Source: Phycisphaerae bacterium (lineage in GTDB: Bacteria; Planctomycetota; Phycisphaerae; JAAYCJ01). From it: a DNA stretch of 64,000 nucleotides. A program made the position numbers and the translations under genes. Of the stretch, positions 54,490 through 64,000 are shown piece after piece; positions within the stretch are counted from its first letter, which is position 1, and each line of letters begins with the position of its first letter. The stretch covers positions 96,938-160,937 of the forward strand of contig JBAZZQ010000001.1 in NCBI GenBank assembly GCA_041658725.1, read 5' to 3'. Below the pieces are notes generated by a model. It was not told where the DNA came from. It did not search any database and saw only the letters and a program-made list of their open reading frames with translations.

Positions 54490-55533
54490 TCACAACAGTT
54501 TAATGATTTCCTGGTACAATTTTGGTATGGTTATCTTCTGATCGCCTTGTATGTAGTGGCCCTTGCCGCCGAATGCCTCCGGAACTCGCGTCACGACGCT
54601 TTTGTGGTGTCGAAAATAATAGTAGCAGCTGTTTTCGTCTTTCATCGCTTCGGGGTGGTATGGTTTGAGGTCGAAATCGGCGGTGATGATCCCGCGGGGC
54701 GGTTTGCCGATATTTCCTGCCATTGAGACGGCCTTTAAAAGCACTTCGGGACCCGTGACGGCCGAGCCGATGTTTAAGACCACCCCGCCTTGTGTCATCT
54801 TCGTCACCAATTGGGTATAAATGAGAAAATCTCTTCCCGAACATCCGCCCTTGGCGGCGCCATCAAAGTTCGGGTGCTGGTCGATCACATCAGTGCCGAT
54901 TCCGACGTGGACAGTCAACGGCACGTGGTGCCGGTAACACATCGCAATAACGGAAACGTCAGGATATAGAAATTCGATGGGCCGAGAAACCCCGAGCCGC
55001 CTTTCCACGTCTGACCGGAACTTTCCATCACAGATCAAGGCCCCTAGGGCCTCACCGTAGCCGATTTGCCGCTCATGGCCCTCTGCCAGAGCTGCGTTGA
55101 TATACCCGAGTTCCGTTGCCCTTCCGAACTTTCCCTCGGGCAGGGCATTGGGAACGTATTCACTCGTTTGGCCGATCATGGCCAGCTCAAAATCGTGGAT
55201 GATGCCCGCCCCGTTGGTTGCCACAAGCGAAATCACCTTCCTAAGCAACAGGTCAACAACGATCGGTCCCAGGCCGTTTTTAACCAGATGGGCCCCCGTA
55301 AACCAGATCACCGGCTTATTGGATTGAGATGTATTTACCATGTTTTCAGCCAATTCTGTAATAGCCGCTTTCCGCTCTCCCACATCATATTTCACAGCCG
55401 ATGTTTCTTTAGGATTAATAAGGTTTTCCAGTTTGACCTTGTTGATTCGCTTTGTAACGGAATCGGTATGGATATGGCTAGAATCGAAAATTTCGTATTT
55501 ACCACGATATTGCATTTTATCTCTCCAAAACAC
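54490..55533 (-). CDS. Deoxyhypusine-synthase-like (DHS-like NAD/FAD-binding fold) protein
   Basis: VISLVATNGAGIIHDFELAMIG resembles the DHS ...VTTAGGVEEDLIKCL... block. Weak call. Confidence 0.35.
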   Translation of the reverse strand: MFWRDKMQYRGKYEIFDSSHIHTDSVTKRINKVKLENLINPKETSAVKYDVGERKAAITELAENMVNTSQSNKPVIWFTGAHLVKNGLGPIVVDLLLRKVISLVATNGAGIIHDFELAMIGQTSEYVPNALPEGKFGRATELGYINAALAEGHERQIGYGEALGALICDGKFRSDVERRLGVSRPIEFLYPDVSVIAMCYRHHVPLTVHVGIGTDVIDQHPNFDGAAKGGCSGRDFLIYTQLVTKMTQGGVVLNIGSAVTGPEVLLKAVSMAGNIGKPPRGIITADFDLKPYHPEAMKDENSCYYYFRHHKSVVTRVPEAFGGKGHYIQGDQKITIPKLYQEIIKLL

Positions 55534-57535
55534 TCTTGATGGTCAACAAAATTCTCCCTTCTGCCTTCGGTAGAACTATTTCGTAATGGTCCGAAATACT
55601 TCTTATCTCCAAAAACTCTTCGTAGCCGTAAACTCCAACCGAGCTAGGACGCATATCGGTTCGTATCTCATATCGCAACCCACCCAAGCCAGACCGCTCA
55701 TCGACAACATCGATGCTGGTGCATTTACGGATTGGGATGTAGTGAAGCAACGTAATCAACGCATCTTTCCCCCGGTGGCGAACAGTTTGCAGCACGGTTC
55801 TCGGAAGCGAGTATCCGAAGGGTGTTTGACCGATAAGTTTTTCGAGTGCCTTCTGGACCAGCAGACGATAAATCTCGCTTCCATGTTTTCGATAGGCGTG
55901 GAAGATAGGATCGGCGAAGGCAACGATCCGGTTGTCGGAAATGGCTGCTGGAAAACGAGAAAGTTTTTCCGGCGGCGAGTGAGAGTGCGAGCAGAAATGG
56001 TTGGCAGTGCGGTTGAAATAAGGCACGACTCTTTTTACCCACACCGCCATTGATTGATCTTGCCGCAAACGAGTTCCCTGCTCGTACATCACCTCATCCA
56101 TCGGGATCCGATCGGCAAAAAGGCCGGACGAATACCGCAGGAAGGTCGGATACAGCGGCTCTGTTCCTACACATTGATAGGGCAGGAAATCCAACATCCA
56201 TTGGCCATCGGCACTTTGTCCGCTTTTGCCGGAAAGCATAAGTTTACCGTTTTTCCGGTAATAGGTTTTGATTTTGGCGGCCATGGCCTCATCGACCGCC
56301 ACCGTATCAGGCAATACAATTATTTCGTATTGCTCCAGCGGTGTTTTGTCATCGATAAGCTGACATTCGTAATGAAGTTCCTCCATCATCAAAATAGTTC
56401 CCTCGATGGAAGTCGTGTATTCATTGCGGGAAAGACCGGCATGACCGGGGGAAATAATTCCCACCTGCGGAACAGGCTGTGAACCGGCATAAAAGGCTTC
56501 CGCATTTTCAGTCTGCCGGTAGACTTGGCCGATAAGCTGATAAGTGCTCCGGCATATCTTGCCGGAGGGATGCAGTTGATCACCGACACTGTTGCCGAAC
56601 CCCAAAGCCTGGCTGCGAAAGCATTCATATTCCAGGGCGGGCAGGGGTTTTCGGCCACCGAAGTCGCCCCACATTTTTTGAAACTTACCCGTCATGCCAA
56701 TCCCGGTCACCGGCAGTGTCTGCATCATGCGCGCCAACATGGGAAAATGGTAGTAACCCCAGAATCCGCTTGGCAGGGACTCCATTTCGAGGTGCGTTTG
56801 ATATTTCAGTTCATCACGCAAGCTCAACGCGGAAGAAAGATTTAACTGGTGGTGGGTATTATAGAAAATCGTACAATTTTTGTTTATTTTACGGATCAGT
56901 TTGTTCATGCGGAGGGCAAACTCCCGGCGCAGATACACGTCGATCATAACCGCGTTTGCATCCGTTGGTTCCTCCCATCCAAATTTGTTTCGAATCGCGG
57001 CGGACACATCATCATAAGGTCCACCGTTGTGCAGGGGAGAAAAAACAATATCAAAGAACAACCCATCCACATCGTAATTCTTTAAAATCTCTTGCGTGGT
57101 GGCCTGTAAGAGCTGTTCATACTGCGTGTTGAAAAACTGCAGGTAGGCATAAAAGCCCGCGCCACTGTCCTGGTAATCACAGCCATTCTTATCAACCATT
57201 TTCCATTCCGGACGCAAATTGGCCTGTTTGTAATTCCATGCGACGGTAATGTAAATCGGACAGCGAATGTCCTGCTTGTGCAGGGCTTCGATCTGCCGGC
57301 CCAGGAGATCGCAGGATAAACCCGGATGCTGGTTTTGAACCTTCGAGGGATAGTAGGCCAAACCGTGGTGGCAGACGGCAAAGACGGTGACCGAATCGAT
57401 ATGGGCGGACTTGATGGTCCGGGCAAACTCATCAGGGTCAAATTCGTGACCCACTTGAGGTATTAACGCCGACGTGTGAAAATCCAAATGCACCTGCCGT
57501 TGACAAATGCCTTTATTTAACGCGTATTTTGACAT
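55517..57535 (-). CDS. Putative glycoside hydrolase (TIM-barrel, GH-like uncharacterised family)
   Basis: 672 aa. HLDFHTS...DSVTVF...GLFFDIVF pattern of glycosidase-like TIM barrels. Its context among sugar genes supports the call. Family not assigned. Confidence 0.4.
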   Translation of the reverse strand: MSKYALNKGICQRQVHLDFHTSALIPQVGHEFDPDEFARTIKSAHIDSVTVFAVCHHGLAYYPSKVQNQHPGLSCDLLGRQIEALHKQDIRCPIYITVAWNYKQANLRPEWKMVDKNGCDYQDSGAGFYAYLQFFNTQYEQLLQATTQEILKNYDVDGLFFDIVFSPLHNGGPYDDVSAAIRNKFGWEEPTDANAVMIDVYLRREFALRMNKLIRKINKNCTIFYNTHHQLNLSSALSLRDELKYQTHLEMESLPSGFWGYYHFPMLARMMQTLPVTGIGMTGKFQKMWGDFGGRKPLPALEYECFRSQALGFGNSVGDQLHPSGKICRSTYQLIGQVYRQTENAEAFYAGSQPVPQVGIISPGHAGLSRNEYTTSIEGTILMMEELHYECQLIDDKTPLEQYEIIVLPDTVAVDEAMAAKIKTYYRKNGKLMLSGKSGQSADGQWMLDFLPYQCVGTEPLYPTFLRYSSGLFADRIPMDEVMYEQGTRLRQDQSMAVWVKRVVPYFNRTANHFCSHSHSPPEKLSRFPAAISDNRIVAFADPIFHAYRKHGSEIYRLLVQKALEKLIGQTPFGYSLPRTVLQTVRHRGKDALITLLHYIPIRKCTSIDVVDERSGLGGLRYEIRTDMRPSSVGVYGYEEFLEIRSISDHYEIVLPKAEGRILLTIKSVLER

Positions 57536-57580
57536 TCCTGATCCTTTACCTGTCTGACATAAGTGTACTTTGTACCGTAA

Positions 57581-58879
57581 TTACTGTGTTTTCGCAAATT
57601 CAGGATTGAGGCTAGCCAATTCAGTCTCCGCCGATTTATTTCGCAAGTAACCGACGATGATAAGCATAATGATGCCACCTCCGCCGAGAATAGCGCCAAA
57701 GGGGAAGGCGAGTGAATAATTACCACCGGAATAATCGATCAAACATCCGCAGACCAGTTGCATCGTAGCGGCGAAAAAGGCACAAAACATCCCGTTACAA
57801 GCGCTAAAAGAAGCTATGATCGCACGAGGAATTCCGTGCACCAAAAAAACGAGGGTGGCATTGTAAGTCAGGATTCCCCCACTGACCAACAAAACCATCG
57901 CTATGCTTAGCTGGAAAGACGTATGGGCGTTATAGCCAAAGAAACTGGCTGCGACGATCATACTGAATCCAATAATCGTGGTGCGAATTGCCCCCAGTTT
58001 GTCTGTCAGTAATCCGGCGGGAAAGGTCATCAACATGGCTGCAATGGCCGCCCAGGACATCGCCATACCGATTTGGGCTTCGTTCAGCATGATGTTTTTC
58101 TTGGCCTGCAAAACAGCAAACTGCATGGTGGGCATCGTGGCCACCCCGCAAAACCCAAATCCGATAAAGAGCAGCCAATTCCGCTTGTCGCTGAAACCGA
58201 TTCTAAGCTGATTGGAAATTTTAAACGGTGGAGGGTTTTTAACGCGGATCGGAGGCTCTTTCAAAAACAGAACCGTCGTCAAGGTCAATAAACACAACAT
58301 CGCGGCAGCCAGATAAAATACATTGGCCTCGCCCCATCTACTCACCAATCGCATCAGACCCACATTTGCCAGCCAAGCCCCGAACATCCCACCCGCCATC
58401 TGCAATGCCCAGCTGCGGCCCCAGTATTCCTTCCTTGCGATATCATAAGAAAGAAAAGGATATGTTTGTTCCTTGAAGTTTATAAAAAACCGATAAATCG
58501 CAAAGACCAGTACGCAGGTCAGAATGGTTTTCGTATGAGGGAACAAAACCAGCGACAAACACACCGGCAGAATCGACAAGAGGAGAAAAGGAAGCCGCCG
58601 TCCCCATCGAATTTGGCAATTATCGCTGCGGTATGAAATATAAATCATCAAAAAAGCAATGAGCCAGCCATTGATGGAAAAACCCAGTGAAATCTGAGTG
58701 GCATTCATTCCCACACGGTCCATGTGCAAGGGGATCAACATGCAAACTCCAAGCCCCAATCCCATCGCGAAGTTTCCGAAGAGCAGCCAGAAGGCATTGC
58801 GGTGAAATAATTTCTTGTCGTCATAATAGGCTTGAACTTCAGGAGTGAGCAATTGACTTTGATCGTTTTCTTGATTCAT
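57581..58879 (-). CDS. MFS-family transporter (likely sugar/glycoside:cation symporter)
   Basis: 432 aa with ~12 predicted TM helices and typical MFS loop motifs. Confidence 0.7.
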   Translation of the reverse strand: MNQENDQSQLLTPEVQAYYDDKKLFHRNAFWLLFGNFAMGLGLGVCMLIPLHMDRVGMNATQISLGFSINGWLIAFLMIYISYRSDNCQIRWGRRLPFLLLSILPVCLSLVLFPHTKTILTCVLVFAIYRFFINFKEQTYPFLSYDIARKEYWGRSWALQMAGGMFGAWLANVGLMRLVSRWGEANVFYLAAAMLCLLTLTTVLFLKEPPIRVKNPPPFKISNQLRIGFSDKRNWLLFIGFGFCGVATMPTMQFAVLQAKKNIMLNEAQIGMAMSWAAIAAMLMTFPAGLLTDKLGAIRTTIIGFSMIVAASFFGYNAHTSFQLSIAMVLLVSGGILTYNATLVFLVHGIPRAIIASFSACNGMFCAFFAATMQLVCGCLIDYSGGNYSLAFPFGAILGGGGIIMLIIVGYLRNKSAETELASLNPEFAKTQ

Positions 58880-58889
58880 AAATCTTTCT

Positions 58890-60791
58890 TTATCTAAAAC
58901 AGTGAGTTAAATAAATTTGAATTTCCCAAACCACAGCTTCTGTAAGCTTCAAAAGCAGATAATTCGATTTTTCAATCTGCTCGATTTCGAAAGTTGCGGG
59001 GATATTGTTTATAATCGCATTTTCAACAGAAAGGTCAGTGGGGACAAGTATACGCAGGTTGATCTGCTTCATCGAGCCAGTGACGCGGATTACCATCCGG
59101 CCGCGATCGACATAATAATCATAAGCCACGTACCGATCCACGGATGAGAAATGAACCACCACATGTGCTTCATGAATTCCCGCCGCCACCCACCGTGGGG
59201 AGATTTCCACTGCGTTGAGCTTGGGTTCCAAAATCCGAAGTCCGGTCACTCCTTCGACCAGGGCATCCACCCAATGTCCCATTCCCCAGCCGTCATGCCC
59301 GGTGGTGTTGTTGGTGGTGGTTCGAAATCCCGGCTGCATGTTCGGCCAATACCAGGTATAAATTTGCCCGCCTTGCTCCTCGATAAATTTGGCATAATCC
59401 GATAGAAGCCGTGCTCCAAGATCTTCCCGGCCATGTTGAAAAGCCGCCAGAGACAAGGTTGCACCGACAAAGGGCATCATTCCACCGTTGCAATACCCTC
59501 CGGGCTGAAGATAGTCGGCGTATTTTTTCAATACCTGACCCTGATCGATCGGATACCCGGGTTCCAGGCTCCACCACGGGAACCGATGACCGGTTTTCTT
59601 CCATCGTTCCTCATAGGTTCGTAAAATCATCAGGCACTGAGAATGACTCGCTAAACCACGTATCATCGCCCAGCCATTTCCCATGGCCAATTGCCGACCT
59701 TCATCAAAACCATCATGGTCTATTGATGTCAAATGCACATGATGCCGAAACTTTTCACCATCCCATAAAATATTCTCGCATCGCTGACGTAATTCGTCAG
59801 CAAGCCTCCTGTATTCGATAGACTGGGTTTCATCATCAAGGTAAGCATAGATCGTAGACATAGCCAGATACGCCGCATACAGTCCCGTCTGGTCACAAAT
59901 AGCGGCTACGGCTCGAGTTTCAGAATGATATTGATCCGTCTCAATATCAAAATCCCACGTATCGCAAGTATGCCCCCGCTTGATCATTCCAAGTTTTTCA
60001 TCCCAGCGGATAGGATTACTGGTTAAGTACCTTAACCCATGCTCCACAACCGGCAAGTATTTTTCAAGCCAAGCCTTGTCCCCGGTGACCATCCATGTTC
60101 GATACAGGGCAAGTACGGCAATATATTCAACGTCCGATTCGCTGGGCATCCGATCAGACTGGCCCTCGTCATCTACCCAGTCAGGAAAATGTCCGTCCGA
60201 TCTTTGTCGGCTCCAATTCGCTTCAAGGCCGCTTGTGACATCATGCTCCCAAAGCAGATAACCCCCGGAATTGTAAAACATGTCGCGAAGCCAGAAATCC
60301 ATCCCGTTTCCTGAATCGGCCGTCGTATATCCGATCACCTCCCCTTCCGGAAGCGTGTAACGGCGGCGATTTAAACGTATCGCCTGCTTTGAAATCTCAT
60401 ACATCTCGGAAATTGCTTTATCATCACAGGTCATCTGTGTCTGGGCTTCAAGATAGAAGTTGACCAGACGATCGTGCGGATCGCCTTCACTGACCGGATC
60501 AAAGCAGACCTTGATAAACTGCATCCCAGGAAATCCGCCGGCGTTAAAATTAACCACCGCGGAATTATTCTGTAATTCTCTAAAAATATGCCCATACCGG
60601 CGGCCTAATCCATCGTACCATTCGACGCGAAATGTTCTCGCGCACTGGGCGGGTCCGCGAATCGAAATGGATACTTGTTCTAATGGTTTGTAGAGGGTCT
60701 TATCGGTAGAAACGTACCCCCATCCGGCCTCTGTGGCAGTTAAAGGTCTATCCTTATCGCCTAATTTATCTGTAAAATCAGGCTGAGTCAT
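58890..60791 (-). CDS. Putative six-hairpin (alpha/alpha)6 glycoside hydrolase
   Basis: 633 aa. Trp/Asp-rich segments (DFWLRDMFYNSGGY, DTWDFD, GNGWAM) resemble GH63/GH15-like six-hairpin glycosidases. Confidence 0.45.
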   Translation of the reverse strand: MTQPDFTDKLGDKDRPLTATEAGWGYVSTDKTLYKPLEQVSISIRGPAQCARTFRVEWYDGLGRRYGHIFRELQNNSAVVNFNAGGFPGMQFIKVCFDPVSEGDPHDRLVNFYLEAQTQMTCDDKAISEMYEISKQAIRLNRRRYTLPEGEVIGYTTADSGNGMDFWLRDMFYNSGGYLLWEHDVTSGLEANWSRQRSDGHFPDWVDDEGQSDRMPSESDVEYIAVLALYRTWMVTGDKAWLEKYLPVVEHGLRYLTSNPIRWDEKLGMIKRGHTCDTWDFDIETDQYHSETRAVAAICDQTGLYAAYLAMSTIYAYLDDETQSIEYRRLADELRQRCENILWDGEKFRHHVHLTSIDHDGFDEGRQLAMGNGWAMIRGLASHSQCLMILRTYEERWKKTGHRFPWWSLEPGYPIDQGQVLKKYADYLQPGGYCNGGMMPFVGATLSLAAFQHGREDLGARLLSDYAKFIEEQGGQIYTWYWPNMQPGFRTTTNNTTGHDGWGMGHWVDALVEGVTGLRILEPKLNAVEISPRWVAAGIHEAHVVVHFSSVDRYVAYDYYVDRGRMVIRVTGSMKQINLRILVPTDLSVENAIINNIPATFEIEQIEKSNYLLLKLTEAVVWEIQIYLTHCFR

Positions 60792-60857
60792 GAAAAGTTC
60801 ATTCCTGTCATAAATTTAATTAATCCGTTGTGGAAGTTCTGTTTTCAAAAGTGCCCT

Positions 60858-63800
60858 TTATTGATCGCCTGCTATATCCATGTTCGCCAGCACAATACTT
60901 AAATCGGTTGAGGTGATCTCTCCGTCGCCGTCCAAATCCGCCTTTTCGTCCCAACCTAGTCCACCAGTTCCGGTGTCCATGGTTGCTAGAATGAACGAAA
61001 GATCCGTCGGAGTTACATCGTTATCCCCGTTACAGTCTCCATTGATCAAACTAAAGTCAACCGTAGCGTTGTGGAGGTTAATACCCGTCTTCTTCTGCTT
61101 CAACCAATGTGAAGCCTTCGCCGTCAAATCATAGCTGCCCGAAAGGTTGGTATAAAACGTGAAATGGCCCGTGCCATCCAGAGTTACGTTATCCGTTTCC
61201 ACAGGGGTCAATTCACCAGGGTTTCTAATCTCAATGGACACTTGTTTTCCCGCTATCGCGGATGGAAAGTCTTGCAACTCCACCGAACCTTGAACTAAGT
61301 TCATCGACGTAGCAAAAATTTTTACCTCATCCAAATAAGCATAATTTGTAGATCCATTCAAACTTGTCCGAAATCGAAGCTTAAAATTTGGATTATTATT
61401 AGCCCCTGATGGTAAATGAAAGCTCTTGGCGGTCCAGGCACTATTGCCTGTCAAATCCTCAAGAGTAAACCAGGTTGTACCGTCATACCATTCCACAATA
61501 AAATGATGATTTGTCTGACAATTACGGGTTAAACGTGCATATCTTACCTCAATGCTCTTTTTTCCTGTTGTATCTAAAGCCTTGGTCAAATTATCGCTAT
61601 AGTTAAAGATGGAGGCATATGTTCCAGCATATTGATAAGTCGATTGAAGACTGCAGGTATGTATTATCCAATCTCCAGCAGTAAAATCGTTACTTTCAAA
61701 TCCATCATAGAATACCAATGCTCTTTCGCTCATTAGTTGTATGAGAAAAACCTGCTCATCGTTAACCTGGGGAAACGAAAGCGTTGTCTGCCCACCGGTA
61801 ACTGTTCGATTTGACTCCAACGTCAGCGAACTCAACATGCCCTCTGTGAGCAAATCCTTTGACGCCGGTAAGCTGACGGTTTGAACGATCATGGGACCAT
61901 CTGGAACCGAAGTCACGTTTACAGTGATATCTATCGGTAAGCCAGTTACCGCCTTTTTTAACGGTACCGAATCGGAGGTATATTCTTTATATTTTCTCTC
62001 TCTAGCCACTATCAACCGCGTGATCGAAGAATCTGTCTTATCGGTGCCTGCCAGAGCCACTGTATTGGGATAGTCGGTAGTGGATAAATAGGTAACAGGG
62101 CCCATATTGGCATAAAACTCCCAGGCCCAGTAGGGAACTGCGGGGTTGCCATTATCCATAATTAGATCATCTAGCGGTTCGTATCCCCAGATACTTTTTG
62201 ATGCGATATCTACGCCAGCTTTGCCCATATAATAGAAAAAGTTCATCTGGGCCCCCGGCAGTATGCTTGGCCAGCCCCATTCGTTGATGTGTATTTCGGT
62301 AACTCCCAGATTGGGATATTTGTTCAGAATTGCGGTCATATTATCGACCTGTGCCTGCAATTCCTGAGGTTGGACGTCAATAACATGCCAGGAAACAGCA
62401 TCGAGGCGTACACCATCCAAACTGCAGCGTCTTAGAAAATCATCCATCAGATCGGGCCAATAATGACAGGAGCTTGGAGCCACGATTTTAGCATCCGGCT
62501 GTAATTGGCGAATAGTATCGTAGAATACCTTGAATGCATAGTATTCTCTTTCCATTTTATCAACGGTTTCACCACGCGACATGGGATCCCAGACATATAT
62601 CCCTTCCCCTTCGCTCCAAAACTCCCAGTACTTCACAGTGTAACCTATGGCAGAGGCGTTATCCGCGGCCTGGTGATAATGATTGGTAACATAAGTAACA
62701 TATTGAGCACGATTGGTTGAATCCACCGGTACTTGCTGTCCATTCACTAAATAACTAAACTCGGCACTCGTATCGATACCTACATTTTTTAAGGTCTGGT
62801 AATTAGCGGTCGGATAGCTTCTCCAGTACTTTGGAGCTACCGCGCGGATTTGATCTTCCGTTGCCACATAAACACCATGCAAGAAACCGGCTAGGGAAAC
62901 CCAATTATACGTCGAACTCAAGTTTACATCAATAGTGGAACTTGCCGGTTCAACAACCGGGGTCGAAAGAAGTGTGATCCTGCGAATATCCAGACCAACT
63001 GTTTCGTCTCGAACCTGGATAAGGTAAGGCGTATCCGGAACACCGGATGTTGCGGAATAAAGCGAGGTCCACGACGACGCACCCGCTGTTTTCTCGAAAA
63101 ACTCTACCCTAACCCCCGGTGTCCACACAATCCGAAAATCATACAAGGTTCCCACCGTCATCAAAAAACCTGTGGTATAGGAGGTTGATCCCACCACTAC
63201 CCGAATAGCTTGAGAGGAGCCATTATTTCCAAATTTAATCCCTGACGACAGGGAGGTCCACAGACCCCACCAGTTGTCGTTGGAACTGGAAGACGTCCTC
63301 TCTTTGACACCGAGAAAATCCAGAGTGAGTTCGCCATTATTAAGACCGCCGAAAATACAGGTTGATTGAAATCCACCTTGGCTACCTCCCCATGAGCCAC
63401 TGACCTCATGGGTCGCTTTACCATTCTGATAGTAGGACCCGAACGTTTTAGTCCAATATGCGGTATCCAAATCCACCAGTGAAGAATTAAATTCATCTGC
63501 CTGCAGGATTTCCGGCGAACCACCCTGTACCCAGTTTATATCGACGGCAGAACCGCCGTAGTGGGTTTTAAACTCAAAATGCATTGTCATGTCTTGCGGT
63601 AGACGCGCAAGTGTATTGGTATAAACCGTCTTTCCATTCCAGAGCACTGTCAATCCATTAGTATTGTCAACTTTGACAACCCAGATTCCCGCGATTTGGG
63701 TGACATTAAGAGTAGCATTCGGCGAAGTGTAAGGAAGTTCCAGGCTTGCGCCATAGTCGTCATAGACTTTATACCAAATCTTGACGTTTGCCCCCTGGTC

Positions 63801-63962
63801 AAAGAGAAATTGTACAAACCTAGTTCCATCTGAATTGAAAATACCCACACCCTGGTAATTTCCCATAGTGTTAGGACTGTTGATCGACCAGGACCAGACA
63901 GCTGGAGTTGCGGTACGGTCCAAGCCGCCGGCGATATTTCCGCCATTTGAAATCCTTGCCAT
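60858..63962 (-). CDS. Large secreted glycoside-hydrolase-like protein with C-terminal dockerin-type Ca-binding repeats
   Basis: 1034 aa. Central TIM-barrel GH-like region (EIHINEWGWP). C-terminal DCNGDNDVTPTDLS...DLDGDGEITSTDLS is a duplicated dockerin-like EF-hand repeat. The start codon lies 38 nt from the window edge. Confidence 0.5.
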   Translation of the reverse strand: MARISNGGNIAGGLDRTATPAVWSWSINSPNTMGNYQGVGIFNSDGTRFVQFLFDQGANVKIWYKVYDDYGASLELPYTSPNATLNVTQIAGIWVVKVDNTNGLTVLWNGKTVYTNTLARLPQDMTMHFEFKTHYGGSAVDINWVQGGSPEILQADEFNSSLVDLDTAYWTKTFGSYYQNGKATHEVSGSWGGSQGGFQSTCIFGGLNNGELTLDFLGVKERTSSSSNDNWWGLWTSLSSGIKFGNNGSSQAIRVVVGSTSYTTGFLMTVGTLYDFRIVWTPGVRVEFFEKTAGASSWTSLYSATSGVPDTPYLIQVRDETVGLDIRRITLLSTPVVEPASSTIDVNLSSTYNWVSLAGFLHGVYVATEDQIRAVAPKYWRSYPTANYQTLKNVGIDTSAEFSYLVNGQQVPVDSTNRAQYVTYVTNHYHQAADNASAIGYTVKYWEFWSEGEGIYVWDPMSRGETVDKMEREYYAFKVFYDTIRQLQPDAKIVAPSSCHYWPDLMDDFLRRCSLDGVRLDAVSWHVIDVQPQELQAQVDNMTAILNKYPNLGVTEIHINEWGWPSILPGAQMNFFYYMGKAGVDIASKSIWGYEPLDDLIMDNGNPAVPYWAWEFYANMGPVTYLSTTDYPNTVALAGTDKTDSSITRLIVARERKYKEYTSDSVPLKKAVTGLPIDITVNVTSVPDGPMIVQTVSLPASKDLLTEGMLSSLTLESNRTVTGGQTTLSFPQVNDEQVFLIQLMSERALVFYDGFESNDFTAGDWIIHTCSLQSTYQYAGTYASIFNYSDNLTKALDTTGKKSIEVRYARLTRNCQTNHHFIVEWYDGTTWFTLEDLTGNSAWTAKSFHLPSGANNNPNFKLRFRTSLNGSTNYAYLDEVKIFATSMNLVQGSVELQDFPSAIAGKQVSIEIRNPGELTPVETDNVTLDGTGHFTFYTNLSGSYDLTAKASHWLKQKKTGINLHNATVDFSLINGDCNGDNDVTPTDLSFILATMDTGTGGLGWDEKADLDGDGEITSTDLSIVLANMDIAGDQ

Positions 63963-64000
63963 TTGCCCATCCCCCTGGATCGGATCTAATATGAGCTCGT

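Noticed and set aside
1-64000. CRISPR arrays, rRNA genes, intact tRNA genes
   Set aside because: No short regularly spaced direct repeats, no rRNA-like conserved stretches and no complete cloverleaf tRNA were found by eye. Only the 3'-half tRNA relic at 19359-19405 is reported.

Overview
This 64-kb window is bacterial chromosome, GC-moderate, with operon-dense coding on both strands. Its phylum is not determinable from sequence alone. It has four sectors.

(1) 1-18.7 kb, core genes: ABC substrate-binding protein, ArsC-like LMW phosphatase, an ASKHA/2Fe-2S protein, groES-groEL, a decayed gnd remnant, an ArsR-family cassette, and a [FeFe]-hydrogenase gene cluster. The cluster reads DRTGG-PHP-GHKL ATPase, then NuoE-like, 2Fe-2S ferredoxin, NuoF-like fused to a GltD-like domain, and HydA. 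It is followed by a CheY-like receiver, purQ, trmB and nadD.

(2) About 18.7-41.4 kb, an accessory island. Its left edge carries a degraded tyrosine-integrase fragment and a tRNA 3'-half remnant. The island holds two AlbA_2/HATPase_c_4 Schlafen-like ATPases (one frameshifted), an ArdC-like/nucleotidyltransferase/SWIM operon, HU plus a tiny Lys/Ala-rich peptide gene, and a radical-SAM fragment. Most notably it carries a long minus-strand operon encoding a complete prokaryotic ubiquitin-like conjugation set: a beta-grasp Ubl, a UBC-like E2 fused to a Cys-rich zinc-finger array, a JAB/JAMM peptidase and a ThiF-like E1. Co-operonic with these are several uncharacterised proteins, including a ~670-aa protein and a zinc-ribbon/HicB-like protein. 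Upstream lie DUF2958, GHKL-ATPase, membrane and HTH genes that look derived from a plasmid or conjugative element.

(3) 41.4-49.5 kb, a catabolic cluster: fused E1 alpha/beta 2-oxoacid dehydrogenase, ALDH, SDRs, LarA-like, GntR and a cyclase.

(4) 49.5-64 kb, a carbohydrate-utilisation locus: GH38 alpha-mannosidase, a sugar kinase/HAD fusion, an MFS transporter, several putative glycoside hydrolases and a large dockerin-bearing secreted protein.

No rRNA, intact tRNA or CRISPR array was seen.
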